This document shows, piece after piece, positions 39,791 to 52,172 of a stretch of DNA of 64,000 nt. The position numbers and the translations under genes are program-made. Below the pieces are notes generated by a model. That model worked only from the letters and a program-made list of their open reading frames with translations, ran no database searches and had not been told where the DNA came from. The DNA lies in contig CM068742.1 in the NCBI GenBank assembly GCA_035084275.1, forward strand, positions 3,162,001 through 3,226,000, written 5' to 3'. Origin of the DNA: Hydrolagus colliei. Taxonomy: Eukaryota. Every line of letters begins with the position of its first letter. Within the stretch, counting starts at the first letter, position 1.

Positions 39791-40157
39791 CAGTAGAAAC
39801 CTGGTTTGCGGTCACCTCGGTAATCCAGCCACCTCAGAACCTCGGTAATCCAGCCACCTCATGGGCATATTTTTACAGTCGCTTTTTCGTTATCAATGTT
39901 GAAAGATAAGCCTTGTCCACATCAAACTCAGTACAACATTCTCAAAAGGTAGGCTAAACACATGACAGCTTTTGTTTCAAATGTGACAACGCCTTTATTT
40001 TAAGAGATTGCAATGTGTGGTTGTTGAATGTTCAACCATTACCAATGTCCTTCACATTAAATCGGTGACCTGCCAACCTGTTTCAGTAATCAGATCACCT
40101 TATGAAGGTCATTTTTTCCCCAGTCCCCTGAGTGACCGGATTAGTGAGGTTCTGCTG
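39791..40157. mobile_element. MITE, Tc1/mariner-superfamily-like, TA TSD
   Basis: TA|CAGTAGAAACCTGGTTTGCGGTCAC .. GTGACCGGATTAGTGAGGTTCTGCTG|TA. Confidence 0.75.
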
Positions 40158-41271
40158 TAATATAATAATCAGAATGTATTACAGGCAAAGAGAAATAGAA
40201 ACACAAAAAATTTACCGTTTTCAGTTTTAATTGATTGTTTTGTGAATCTGTGTCTTGTAAATTGCAAGCGCAATAGTTGCCCTGTCTTCTACGCTGAAGG
40301 GGAAATGCACTTCTTGAGTTTTCAACTGTTTAAATATTTCTCAACTAAGATCGAAGAGCCATCCGATGACAACGCTCAGAACTACTTCCGGTTTTCTTCT
40401 TCAAAGTGAGCTTTTCACTAGAGAGTATGTCTGAACATATTCCTGTCATCTTGCTGCTTCCCTTGTAACTATGTTCTGCCGTGGGTTGTAGCCCGTGATT
40501 TTCAGAAAGTAATTTCACTATTAATGATTTCTATTTGGACCCATGGAATTTACATCCCTTTCTGTATCTTCTCTTCAGGATTCCTCTTCCTTCCCAGTCT
40601 GCTCTTGATCCATGCAACACATGATTTGTGTTACTGAGCTTAGACATAAGGATATGCAGGGCAAAAACTCTCTCACAAAGACTATCATCAAGCTATACAA
40701 AAGGACTCTCGTTCTATGCATGTTAAGTATAAGCACAATCCAATTACTTTGTGGGCAAAACAGTTTTGCCTACAAATCATCTACAATGCTTATACAGGGT
40801 ACAGCTCATTTATGATGCAGTTTATAAATTTAGTAGGAGTAAAAAACTGCTGACTGGAAATAAGTACTTCGGCTTTAACATCCCACATCCTTTCTGTGGG
40901 TAGATCAGTAACTTCAGTAAGCAATATGGATGAGTAAGATATATTTTGTATGACTTCAATGTGGAGATTGTGGCAAATGTGATAAGACAATCCGTAGTTT
41001 CACTCCACTGATGTAATGTTCTTCTTTGCAAAAAAAAATAATTTCATGGGCAAGTTGAAATTTCTACGAATGTTTCAGCGGTCATTTAATATTTCACCAA
41101 TATCTGTTCACTATTTATGGAAAATATGATAAACAGTAAACATCTTCAACATGTGAAAACATTAATTGCAGGCAGGAATGTCACCTTTGACTCCACAATG
41201 GTTACAAATGGGATTATTTACAGTTGTTAATACAGTTGTTGAAGGGTTAAAATTATCTATGATAATACTGT

Positions 41272-41572
41272 GTGTCAGTCTGGCTCAGTTGCCGATACTC
41301 TCACCTCTGAATCAGAACGTTATGGGTTCAAGCTCCATATCAGGATTTGGAACTCGCATCATCCAAGCTCACGCTATCGCTGGGGATGTGCTGCATTGTT
41401 GGAGGTGCTGTGCTTTGGAGGAGACATTAAACTGAGGTCCTGTCTGTATACTCACTGCCTGTTGTGTTTGGCTAAAATAATACACAGACACTACACATTA
41501 CAGTGAATCCTGCAACGCGCTTTGAACATTCCTGCCAAAATAAGAATCACTCTATCAAACACAAGAATTATT
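41272..41572 (+). mobile_element. SacSINE1-like SINE with central deletion
   Basis: GGCTCAGTTG A-box, GGGTTCAAGCTCC B-box, GGAGGTGCTGTGCTTTGG..GAGACATTAAACTGAGG, degenerate tail. Confidence 0.75.
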
Positions 41573-42365
41573 CATGGTAGTGGTAATATAATTATTAGGA
41601 AGAACTCAAGGTTTCTGTGATTAAATCACATCTTAAATAACAAATCAATGGCTTCTAAACTACTTGGCTAACAGTAATTACTCATTTCAATTATCCATGT
41701 GCCAGACTGACCCACAAATATTCTGAATAACTTCAACCCTTCACACAGAACAACTGTTAACAATCTCATATTAGCCAAGTACTGTAATTTAGAAGCAATT
41801 GGTTTGATATTAAAGATCTGGCATGTAAAGTGAAGTTATCAGACGCACAAAAAAACCTTAAACTTGATTATAAACTAAATCATCCCACTAAAACAATTCA
41901 AGTTTGAAAAACAGCCAAATCTTACTGCTGTATAAGGCTGATTCCTGCATTGGACAATTTTACACTCAATTACTATTGGATCCCGCACAACCATACAAAT
42001 TGAATATCATAGTAATGAAGGCAAACATATTCAATTGTGATTAATGCTGCAGCTATCAAATGTACTTGAAGTGCTCTGACACACTGTCCAGCATGGAGGG
42101 CACTATATAAATCCAAGTTGTTGTTGTTGCTGATGTTGTTATTGTTGTCCTGACACGTGGTATTAAAAGGATGAAAAATGAATGAATATTAAGCGATTCC
42201 ATCAGAACAGCAGAGATACAAATTGAAATGTTCTGAAAGAACAATGTTTTCCTTTTCGTGTTGTGATTTAAACAGCTGGCCTTTTGCTTTGCATTGCCAA
42301 TTTAACTCAGTTGGTAACACTTTTTCCTCTAGATTGGAGTTGCGAGTTAAAGACCCCTGTAGAGA

Positions 42366-43421
42366 CTTCATTTACACCCTTTACACGCTCCTCTGGGCGA
42401 TGTCATCCGCAAACATGGGGTAAATTTCCACATGTATGCGGACGACACCCAGCTGTACCTTTCTGCCTCATCCCTCAACCCCCAGACCATCGATGTTCTG
42501 ACAGCATGTCTGTCCGACATTGAGTCCTGGATGAGGGACAATTTCCTGCAATTGAACGTGAGTAAGACTGAGGCCCTCCTGATTGGCTCAAGCCAGCGCC
42601 TCCGCACATCGGGCGCTGCCAGCCTCAACATCCAAGGCTGCACTCTCCACCTCACAAAGCCAATCAGGAACCTCGGCATCACGTTCGATCAAAAACTCTC
42701 CTTCCTCCCCCACATCCGCGCCTTGACCGGCACCGCTTATTTCCACCTGCGCAATATTGCCAGGCTCCGCAACTATTTTAACCCCCGCGCTGCCGAAACA
42801 CTCGTCCACGCATACATCACCTCGAGGCTGGACTACGGAAACTCTCTCCTCGTCGGCCTCCCCAGTTCCTCCATTCACGGTCATCCAAAACTCTGCAGCC
42901 CGTGTATTATCCCGCACCCGCCTCCGCGACCATATAACCCCCACCCTCGCCCGTCTCCACTGGCTCCCCATTCTCCAGAGGATCGAGTTTAAGATCCTCG
43001 TCCTCACCTTCAAGGCCTTACACGGCCTTGCCCCGCCCTATTTAACCAATCTACTTTCCCCCTACACGCCCACCCGGACCCTCCGTTCAACAGGACTTGG
43101 CCTGCTCCAAGCCCCCCGCCCGAACCGCCCCACCATCGGAGGCCGGGCCTTCAGTTTCTCCGCTCCCACCCTATGGAATGCCATCCCTCAATCCCTCCAT
43201 CTCGTTTCTTCCCTTTCCTCTTTCAAGGCCGGTTTGAAGACATTCCTCTTCGACCGTGCCTTTTGTTCCACCCCAAATTGTTCGACCTCCCCTTCGTGTT
43301 TCACCCCTTCCCAAACACTCCCCTCTCAGCTCGGGTCACACGCCTCCTGTGCAGCGCCTTGGGACGTCCTCCCGACGTGAAAGGCGCTCTATAAATGTAA
43401 TTTGTAGTTATTGTTGTTGTT
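42366..43421 (+). mobile_element. L2 LINE (subfamily A), relatively young, 5'-truncated
   Basis: MYADDTQLY, NFLQLNVSKTE, ITSRLDYGNSLL, frameshift near 42878, QNSAARVL, HWLP, LWNAIP; intact tail stem-loop and (GTT)n. Confidence 0.96.
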
Positions 43422-46400
43422 CATCTCGTAGTTCAGGGCTGATCTCTGAACAGTTCCGGGCGTGCTGCTCTGTCACACAAAACTTAAAAACAAGACCCTA
43501 TTCATTTACAGATGGACAATATAATTGCTGCACCATCAAATTATTAAAAAGGAGAAGGAAATGTGAATTAAAAAATGACCAATCTATTAAGAGTGTTTGT
43601 AGGTAGGGGGCAGAGGGTTCTAAGTGTACCACAGCCAAGTGTAAACTGATCTCCATCCAATCCCACACTCTCTTCAAGCAGAAATCTCTGAAGCCTTTTC
43701 TACTTTCTGTTTATTTCGTTGAGGATCAATTTCCAACCCATACAATATGATAGATATTACGGGGACCACAAATTTCATTCCACGTTGCACCAATTGATCT
43801 CTCTATTGTGAAAGCAAATGAAATTGGGATAATTTGTTGTGGTTCTGTGAAATTTCACTGGTCTGTGCGGAAATACTTTCCGAAGAGTTTGGTAATGTGA
43901 CACTTGACGACTGCAAATCCAACACTGTAATAATTAGTAAGAGATAATTGTTAACCCCTCAGGCACACACTCGGCAAGTGTTTAGCACAGATTCTAAGGA
44001 TTCTGCTGTTTATGGGAATGATTGCTAGTTTGTTATGAGAGCTGGCAGTAATAAAAGAATGGAAAATACATCTATTTATTGTTTGCGTTGCTCTGCTTTA
44101 CTAAATGCTTCATTTATTTTCTAAGAGATTTACTGCATGAGGATTTAAAAATACAGGGCAGCAATTTTGGTTGGGATTATTACGAAGACAAACTTTGAGA
44201 CCCTTCTCCAGACATGAAAGATCTGGAGAAGCAATCTACAAATGTAGATTGTTGTTGTTGCCAGTCACAATTCAGCAATGTTTTTGTTGCACGTGTGAAA
44301 CAAAGGCAGAACAATGTAATTGCAGCTTTGATTCACCGGTGCCTCTGTAATAATGAATCCTTTCTTCCTGTACGAATACAAGGTTTAATACTCATTGGGT
44401 GGGCACAGTCTGAAGCCATCCAGTAATGCAATCAGATTTGGCCATTGCAAATCAGAGCTGCCTAATTAGACAGGGTTCACGTGCTGCAATCTATCTACAT
44501 GCAGCTGATGCTACAGATGTTGGGCACTTGTGGAAATCAGTAGCGGGCCTCAGGCTTCGCTTGGTCTTGTGCCGTGTCACACTGACATGGATAACTTAAT
44601 AGCTATAATCACTTCTGTAAAATGAGATGACACAATATAATTGCACTCAAGACACAAATATTAACTCTCCAGGCCAAAGGCATTTATCTACACTCAGTAA
44701 ATAAACCAATCGTGACATTCCTAACTTGGTTTCGCATTTTTTCATTATGATTATAAATGGGTTCATTCCTCTGCAGCTAAAGCTCGTACAATTTTGCTTT
44801 ACTTACATGAAACAAAATGTGGATTTACGCCTATGCATTCCGTTTGATGAATTATGCCCAATTTTCAATCAAGATTTCCGCGCTTTCCTCATTTCCATTT
44901 GAACAGATCGAGGGAAAGTTTTTGATAATACTCTACGTTTGTTTCCAAATGAGCCCAAGTAAGACTGTGACAGACACAAGACAATGGCTCGCTTCTGCCT
45001 TGGTTTGCTAATGAGAAAAGTAGCATGACCGAAGCAGGAAGCCGCAGCTCTCCTAAGGTTTTGAAACTGCCAAGGTGTATTCTGCTGAAATTGGCATCAA
45101 TTGCAAGAATACATTGAACAGTGAAAATCAGTCAGCGTTACCCAAAATCAAAAGATGTGAAGCAATCAAATTCTCAATTATTCCATCAAACACTTAGGTT
45201 TTCTTTCTTTTTTTGGGGGGTGCGGGGGGGGGATTGGGGTGGGTTGCTTAATGAGCTTAAAGGCAGGATCTGACTGCTGCTTTACAGGAAACCATCTGAG
45301 GAAATGGGTTTGGCAGGACATCAATTCCTATCGGGGGAATCAATCGTCAAAGACACACACAAAAGCAATCCGTAAATCACAGTCAACAGGAACTTCAGAG
45401 GGAAGAGAACATCGCTTCGTGCAACCACAGGGATTTTATGCAGAGGCTGGAACACAATCATTAGTTTTGCACTGAATTTAAATATCGCTAAACGTTTGGT
45501 CATATTGATGTTAAGTAATCTCTATTGGTACGCAATCGTGTGTCAGGCTAGCTTCGCTCACAAGGGTCAAGTTCCAGATCAGGAGTGCTGGGATCATACT
45601 TTTGCCACTGAATCCTTGACCTCAGAACGGGGGAGGCTGAAGTTGAGATGTAACTAAATTGGGGGCATGAAACGTAAAGATTTTATTTCATGTCTATATT
45701 GAGCCATTATAATTCAGACCTAAACCAGTTGTAATAAATTTTGGACTGTTGCTTTGGACGGGATGTAGACTGTAGATTTTACTTCCAATTTGTTCTAGTC
45801 CAGGATAAGTCACAATTTATTTTAAACTTCTGATATAGTGGGTGTATATGTTGTTCTCAAACTTGCAGCTGCGAGATGGTTGCCAATTTAGGTTTTGGCA
45901 TATGTTTTGTTGCTAACTGGCTCCATTGAGAATGTTTTAATTGTTTGCAATTTGAATGTTTTCCTTCCTCTGATCAGACAGGTGAGGGAGTGAGACACAA
46001 ACACAGTGCAGCTGTCAGGCTGCCATAAAGTCCATTGGAGTATCAGTATCAACAATATTGTCTCATTTCTATCTTTCAATACCCTCTATGGGTATTTTAC
46101 TTTGGCTGCAATTTTGTATATTTTGTGTTTACATTGGCTCAGGCAAAGTTTTGGCACAAGTAAACACCTTGGACCCTTTGTTCAACTTGCACCTGACTTG
46201 ATTGTGAAAACTTCTAGCTCGACCACCTCTAGTTATAAAGATTTTGAACATGTTGATGCCAGATTATGGTGTTGATGTTCCTTGTTGCGCTGACAACTGC
46301 ATTCTGATTTAAAGATCACTCCAGAGGAATTCAGAGCCTGGGAATACCACATGTCAACCTTAAGATTCATTTCAATGTCAAAATGGCACCTATAAATCTG

Positions 46401-46729
46401 GTAAGCATTATTTTTTTGATATACCGAGATAAACAAACATTATCGTAACTCAACTCTTCATTCATCAATGTTTTGCTCCCGGATGGGAGCCTCAATTCTA
46501 AGCATTGTTCCAACTGGCAACAGAAAACGCAGAACTGATACTCACTGATTTGAGATGAGCTGATCTGACCTGCATTTATCATTAGTTAGGAAGCCTTTCT
46601 GATTAGTTAGGAAGCATTCCAACTGCATGCGCCAACAGAACTTTTGTACACGGAAGCATAACGCTGTCCTTTTCAAATTAGAGAGTCAAACTGAAATATT
46701 GTTTTGTTCAAAATTAGTGTTTGAAGATA

Positions 46730-47030
46730 ATTCAATGATCCTTGCATTTGACATATTTTTACATCTTCTAGACATCTCAGAGCGCTTTACATAATATTCT
46801 GTAAAGTGAATTGACCGTATATGTTTGGCTGAACACGACAGCCAATTGCATACAGCAGAGTCCCACAAAGAGTCGTGGATTGAAATGACCAATTTATTAT
46901 ATTTTTTGAGGGATTATTATTAGGCATGTGGAGGAAAGAAACTTGCCCATGGTTTCACCCTGCCTGGAATCGAACACAGGTCTTATGCTTGTAAGACGAG
47001 CGTTCTAACCACTGAACTATGGGATTCCAC
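46730..47030 (-). mobile_element. tRNA-derived composite SINE, short form, full length
   Basis: Minus strand GGAATCCCATAGTTCAGTGGTTAGAAC..GTTCGATTCC..TGGGCAAGTTTC; colinear with 21434-21747. Confidence 0.9.
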
Positions 47031-47147
47031 ACCTTGTATTCTTTAGTATTTTACCATTCAAATTTGATATCAAGTTGATATTACTTTTGTTTCTTTTCCT
47101 ATCTTGAATGGCAAACATCAATTTATAAGACTTTTACTGTGCTGTGA

Positions 47148-47935
47148 ACAATAACAGCAGCACACTTGCAATTGTATAGCGACCCCCAATCCGGGTAGCG
47201 TCTCAGAGCGCTTAACGATGTTGGAGGCTATCTAAAAGCCAGTAGGGGGAGGTGGCCATTAGCATGGTAGAAGAGGAACATTTTCAAGCTGGGACTTGAA
47301 AAGGGGGAGAGATAGGACAACGCGGAGGGATTGAGGAAGAGTGTTCCAGAATTGGGGAACACGATGACTGAAAGCGCAACTTTTGATGGTACGGTGGAGG
47401 GTGCAAAGGACAAGCAGGGAATGGGTGACAGTCGAGCGGAGGTTCCCGGAGGGGGTTTGGGGAATGAGGTGGTCTGCGTGTCAGGGAAGCGTCGGGGACT
47501 GAATGGATTTGAACACGAGTACAAGGATCCTGACGTCGATCAGTTTGATGATGGGGAGGCAGAACTGGTGAGATGCGAGTACAGAGTTTGATCCGAGTGA
47601 GTATGAAAGCAGCAGAATTCTGAAGCAGCTGGATCTCTTGAATGGTGGAGACTGGCGAAGAGTGCATTGGAATAATCCAAGTGAAGGTTTCAGCTGCATT
47701 TGGGTTAAGGTACGGTCAGAGGTGGGCAATGTGGTACAGGTGGAAGAAGGCGGTTGGTCCTGGTTGGGTGACTGGATGTGGACAGGTGGGGTGGCAAACC
47801 GGATGCCTAGATTGCATACTGGTGTGTGGAGTCTGAGGGAGAGCCCAGGTAGGTTGAGGAATTTAGAACTGCAGGATTGAAGACGTTAATGGGAGCGAAG
47901 GATTATGGCCTCCATCTTGTCCGTATCCAGCTGCA
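47148..47935 (-). mobile_element. L2 LINE fragment, older
   Basis: IQLLQNSAAFILTR, IDVRILVLVFKS, subfamily B-like tail at 47148-47215. Confidence 0.85.
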
Positions 47936-48610
47936 GTTACAAATACGAAAGGCTAACCGTGAATGAGAATTTAAGAGCAAATAAATAGAGGAATATAATT
48001 TTCTTTAAGTACTTGTTTTTTTTAAAAGGTGTACTTCAGATAAACATGAGTGAGATGGTGAAATAATCTGAAGCATCCAAGCCTAAAACATGCAAGTATT
48101 AGATAATGTTTTAATGTTTTTCTGGAATATGTGAGGTGCAGCAAATTAATTTATTTTGTAGTCTTATAAATTGCATACATCCTGCTAAATTAGATATATT
48201 GCTGATCTTACAGAATTTTATTACAGAATTCCTGAATTTTATGGTCACAGTTCTTCAAGTAAGAAATTTGTGATTGTCAACTTTTATGGTACAAAGTGAA
48301 ATAAAATATTATAAAATTGGCCAGGTTTGAAGGTGACTGAAAAAGGAGACAATCCTGATAATGACCCAAGACATCAGATTTCACATTACAGTATTCAAAT
48401 TAAAAACTCTCTTGATGTGTAAAATTAAAACTTTCAAGTTACATTAACCATTTGTATTATTATAACAAAACCTACGCTTGAAGTTATTTCTAAGTGGCTC
48501 TCTCTGTTATTCTGCTATTTGCAAGTTATTTGGGGATTTAGGAGCCGTGGTTGATGCAATACTTTGATTCTGAATAATATTTTGTCTTCATTGTATGCAA
48601 TACTTGAGCA

Positions 48611-48850
48611 CTATATAATAATCCCACAAAAAAATATTTTGGTCACTCAATCAACAACTGTTTGTGGGATACTGGTATGCACAATTCATCACGTTTCTCA
48701 AAAATATATAGTCAATTCAATTCACAGTATTTACTGTGGAGCGCCTTCGGATGTTTTTCCGAAGAGAACGGCGCTCTAGAAATGTAATTTTTTTGTTATT
48801 GTCTAGAAGATGTGAAAAGCAGTATATCAAATGCAAGGATTATTATTATT
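48611..48850 (+). mobile_element. Composite SINE, 5'-truncated, with an L2 tail embedded in its own tail
   Basis: Begins at ATAATAATCCC, Deu-like TGTTTGTGGGATACTG, then L2-A-like stem-loop 48739-48801, then SINE tail CTAGAAGATGTGAAAAGC..GGATTATTATT. Confidence 0.8.
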
Positions 48851-50931
48851 CCAGGCTGACGCTCCAGAGCAGTACTGCTTTTACAGAAAAGCAATAGTTT
48901 GGAAATTATGTTAACCTTTTAAATTGAGACCTTATGTTTTTAGGTGGATTTTAATGGTCATGTGATCATAATGAAAACGAAAAGGAGGGAGTACCTCTCA
49001 GTGTTCTAACCGACCCCCAAAATGTTCCAGAGCCCATTTTTTTGCTGTTGCTGTCCTGAGAAGCATTTATTTTTCAATCCCAATGTATCCTGATCTCAAC
49101 AGAGTCAATTGTAAAGAACTGGCCACTCAAGATTAGATGCTTCTCCACTTGAAGGAATAAAGAAAACATCTTCTGCCTTCTTTCTCATTCCAAAGATTCC
49201 TATTCTACACACTCTTCCTGCTCCCTGAATTGGCATTGAATTTGAAATTGAAAGGAGAATTTTTTCCCCAAAAAATTAAGACTGAGTTGATAAACAATCC
49301 AAAAGTCTGCCAAATCTTACAGTTTTAGCCAATAGCTTTTGGTATTTCAATTTGGATATTAATGTAAAGGGCAGAAAGAGACAGGTCTTCAGGTTGGCAC
49401 TATTGAGGTCAGGATTTAATGAGACTGCAAATCACTCCTTCGAGCGGTAACAGTGTCGCTGGTACCTTGCAGTCACACAATAAACATTGGAATGTAAACC
49501 TTTGGGCAAACAATGTTAACCACAGCGTTAACGTTAGCTTCATTGTGTAAACAGTTTCAAGGTCAATTTTAGACCTCACATATCTGGCAGTGAGTTTGAA
49601 GCAACCATTCATTTTCGGTATTGCTGGTGTTTGTGAGTCGGATTTAAATCCAGTATATTCTGTCCTCAGAATCATTTATTCAATTGTCATCTTGCTACTC
49701 ATCACCTTTTGTCTTTGGATCTTCGCTTTGGTGTTTTAAATAAAATTGATCTGTAACTTTATAACCTCCTTGGAAATGTCCTTTCACTTCTGTGAGCTTC
49801 ACAAAAATTACGGACAGCCTGTAAGATCTCCAACATGAATTCAGACTGCATTAAAGTTGTAACCTGAGCAGCGCACGCATTGAAAGTCTCCCCGGGCCTG
49901 CCAGCAGCATCTGGGCACTGTTCTGTTCGTGTGGGAGAAAAAAAATAATTACAAACCATTAATACCTGCAGTACTTAAATTATACTTGTTGAATGAACTG
50001 CTGGATCTCACTCAACCACAAGCTCGGTCTTTTCTGCGTGATCAGGATGTGTAGGTAGGCAGTCATTAATTTACTGACATGCAAGCAGGAGTCTTCTGAA
50101 AAGCTTTCAGAGAAACAATTTCGCATAAAACCCTTATAGTTCCTGGTTGTCAATTTCAGTATATATTGACTCAAAAATAAAAAAAAATGCCTTAATCTGG
50201 TATGTAATTTTTGAATCAGTCTCTTCCCTGGCTTTCTAGAACTGCATTCTGGATCCCTCTCCCTTATCCTTTCCCTGGCTCCCCACGAACACCATCGCCT
50301 ACCACAATCCTGCACCCATCCCTAACAACACCACCTACCTCAACCATCTCACCCCACCCCACCACCACCCTAGCTCCAGTTGGTTCTGTGAAGTGCATTG
50401 ATTGATAAGTTCTCCTGAAGTGAAAGGCATCATGTAAAATAGTTTTTGTGACTTGAAAGTTTTATCAAAGGATCAATGATCACACAAGTTGAATTATTCT
50501 ACACCTGGAGGACGACCTCTCAAAGGTGGTAGTACATCATGGACATGCTGGATCTATGTTGCAGAATGACTTTGACAAAAATAAAACTGGAATTCAACCT
50601 ACATAATACACGTGTTTACAGCTGTTGAATGCTTTAGGTGCAAGAGAGGTTCCAGAATCCTTTGTGAGTGTTACTGCATCACTGGACTAACAGATATAAG
50701 TGCACCACTTGAGTAAAATTAGCAGTTAGTGTGTATTTTGCATACGTGCACAGGTTAACATTCACCCCATTAATGGGCTTTTGTTTCAGCACAAATTAAT
50801 GACTACGATGCTTGAATGGAGGTGGGAGGAAGTGGGAAGGTACTTGCTGGTTCTTAGTTGGTTCGGAATAGAATCATTGCTGCACAAATAATACGCTATT
50901 GTACATTGTGGGTCACAGAAACAAACAGCAC

Positions 50932-51233
50932 AATAATGATAATAATCCTTGCATTTGATATAGCGCTTTTCACATCTTCTAGACATCTCAAAGTGCTTCA
51001 CAGAATATACTATAAAGTGAATTGACTGCAGACTTGTGGGCGAAATGTGACAGCCAATTGTGCACAGCAGTCTCCTACAAACAGTCATGGATTTAAATGA
51101 CCCATTTATTATTGGTTTTTTTGGCAGGATTATTATTAGGCATATGGAGGAAGAACTTGCCTAATGTTTCACCCTGCCTGGAATTGAACCCAGGTCTCTC
51201 ACTCGAAGGTGAGTGCTCTAACCACTGAGCTAC
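50932..51233 (-). mobile_element. tRNA-derived composite SINE, short form
   Basis: Colinear with 21434-21747 and 46730-47030; minus strand TGTAGCTCAGTGGTTAGAGC head. Confidence 0.9.
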
Positions 51234-51345
51234 ATTTTATTGGATGGTTACAGCCAGGGAGATGCTTTTTGTAACAATGGACCTGTTCAAACAGAAATAT
51301 AATATGGTAAAGAAATATGGTCACATGTAATCTTTTTCCTTTTTG

Positions 51346-51880
51346 TAAATTAAACCCCAATAGGTGATATTAATTTACCCCAACTCCTGAGGTGAAGTTC
51401 TTGAACTAGGCAGATTTTTAAGTAAAAAAAACATTTTCAACCGCTGGGTTCATTGCATGGTGTCTCAAATTCACAACAAATTCCTTCCCTTCTCAAAGGA
51501 AAAGTGTTAATACATGGATGGAAATAATCATTGTCTGCTGAATAATGGTAGTGCCAGAAGCACCACTGGAAAGCCCTGGAAGCTATCATTTTGGCTCCTC
51601 ATTTAGTTAAATATATTAGTTAAAGAATACTGATCCAATTCAATCTGCATGAGAGCAGTTTCCGAGGAATAAAACCAGTGATGCCGTTGTTTACAGTGGT
51701 AAACTCCAATGGAGGTAAAATCATGTTAAAACAAGGATTTGTGGTGATTTTTCTCAATTTCCTGCCAAACGTTTATTTATTCCCATTTTTTACATTGAGA
51801 AATCTAATTACTGTATAATATCTATATTCAACACCCCAGGAGTTGGAGTAAAATAAACTCACTTATTGGGGTCTAATTTA
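51346..51880. mobile_element. Putative MITE / foldback element with about 48-bp imperfect terminal inverted repeats
   Basis: TAAATTAAACCCCAATAGGTGA..TTACCCCAACTCCTGAGGTG versus CACCCCAGGAGTTGGAGTAA..TCACTTATTGGGGTCTAATTTA. Confidence 0.7.
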
Positions 51881-52172
51881 TACTTAACCAGTATTTTGAA
51901 GTTTTGTGATGGATGTTTATTAGATTTTTCATTAATGGATGGAGTACTGCAAAGGTTATTTGCACAGATCATGTATAATTTTCTACCATCATCCTACAAT
52001 AGTTTTACTCTCTGAGCTGAAAGGGCAAATCTAATACCTTATCATCAAACGCCAACTTCCTATTAGAAATAAGTAAAGATAATTTCAGTTGGAGTGCTTA
52101 CAACTCAGCCTCCTTCCATTGAAGATTTATCAACTTTAGGAATCCTTAAAGGGCCAGAGTTACCATGATTTG

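Noticed and set aside
46581-46617. Short direct repeats as a CRISPR-like or functional array (also at 16157, 28513 and 36176)
   Set aside because: Only two adjacent units each, typical slippage micro-duplications in eukaryotic DNA, with no spacer array or cas genes.
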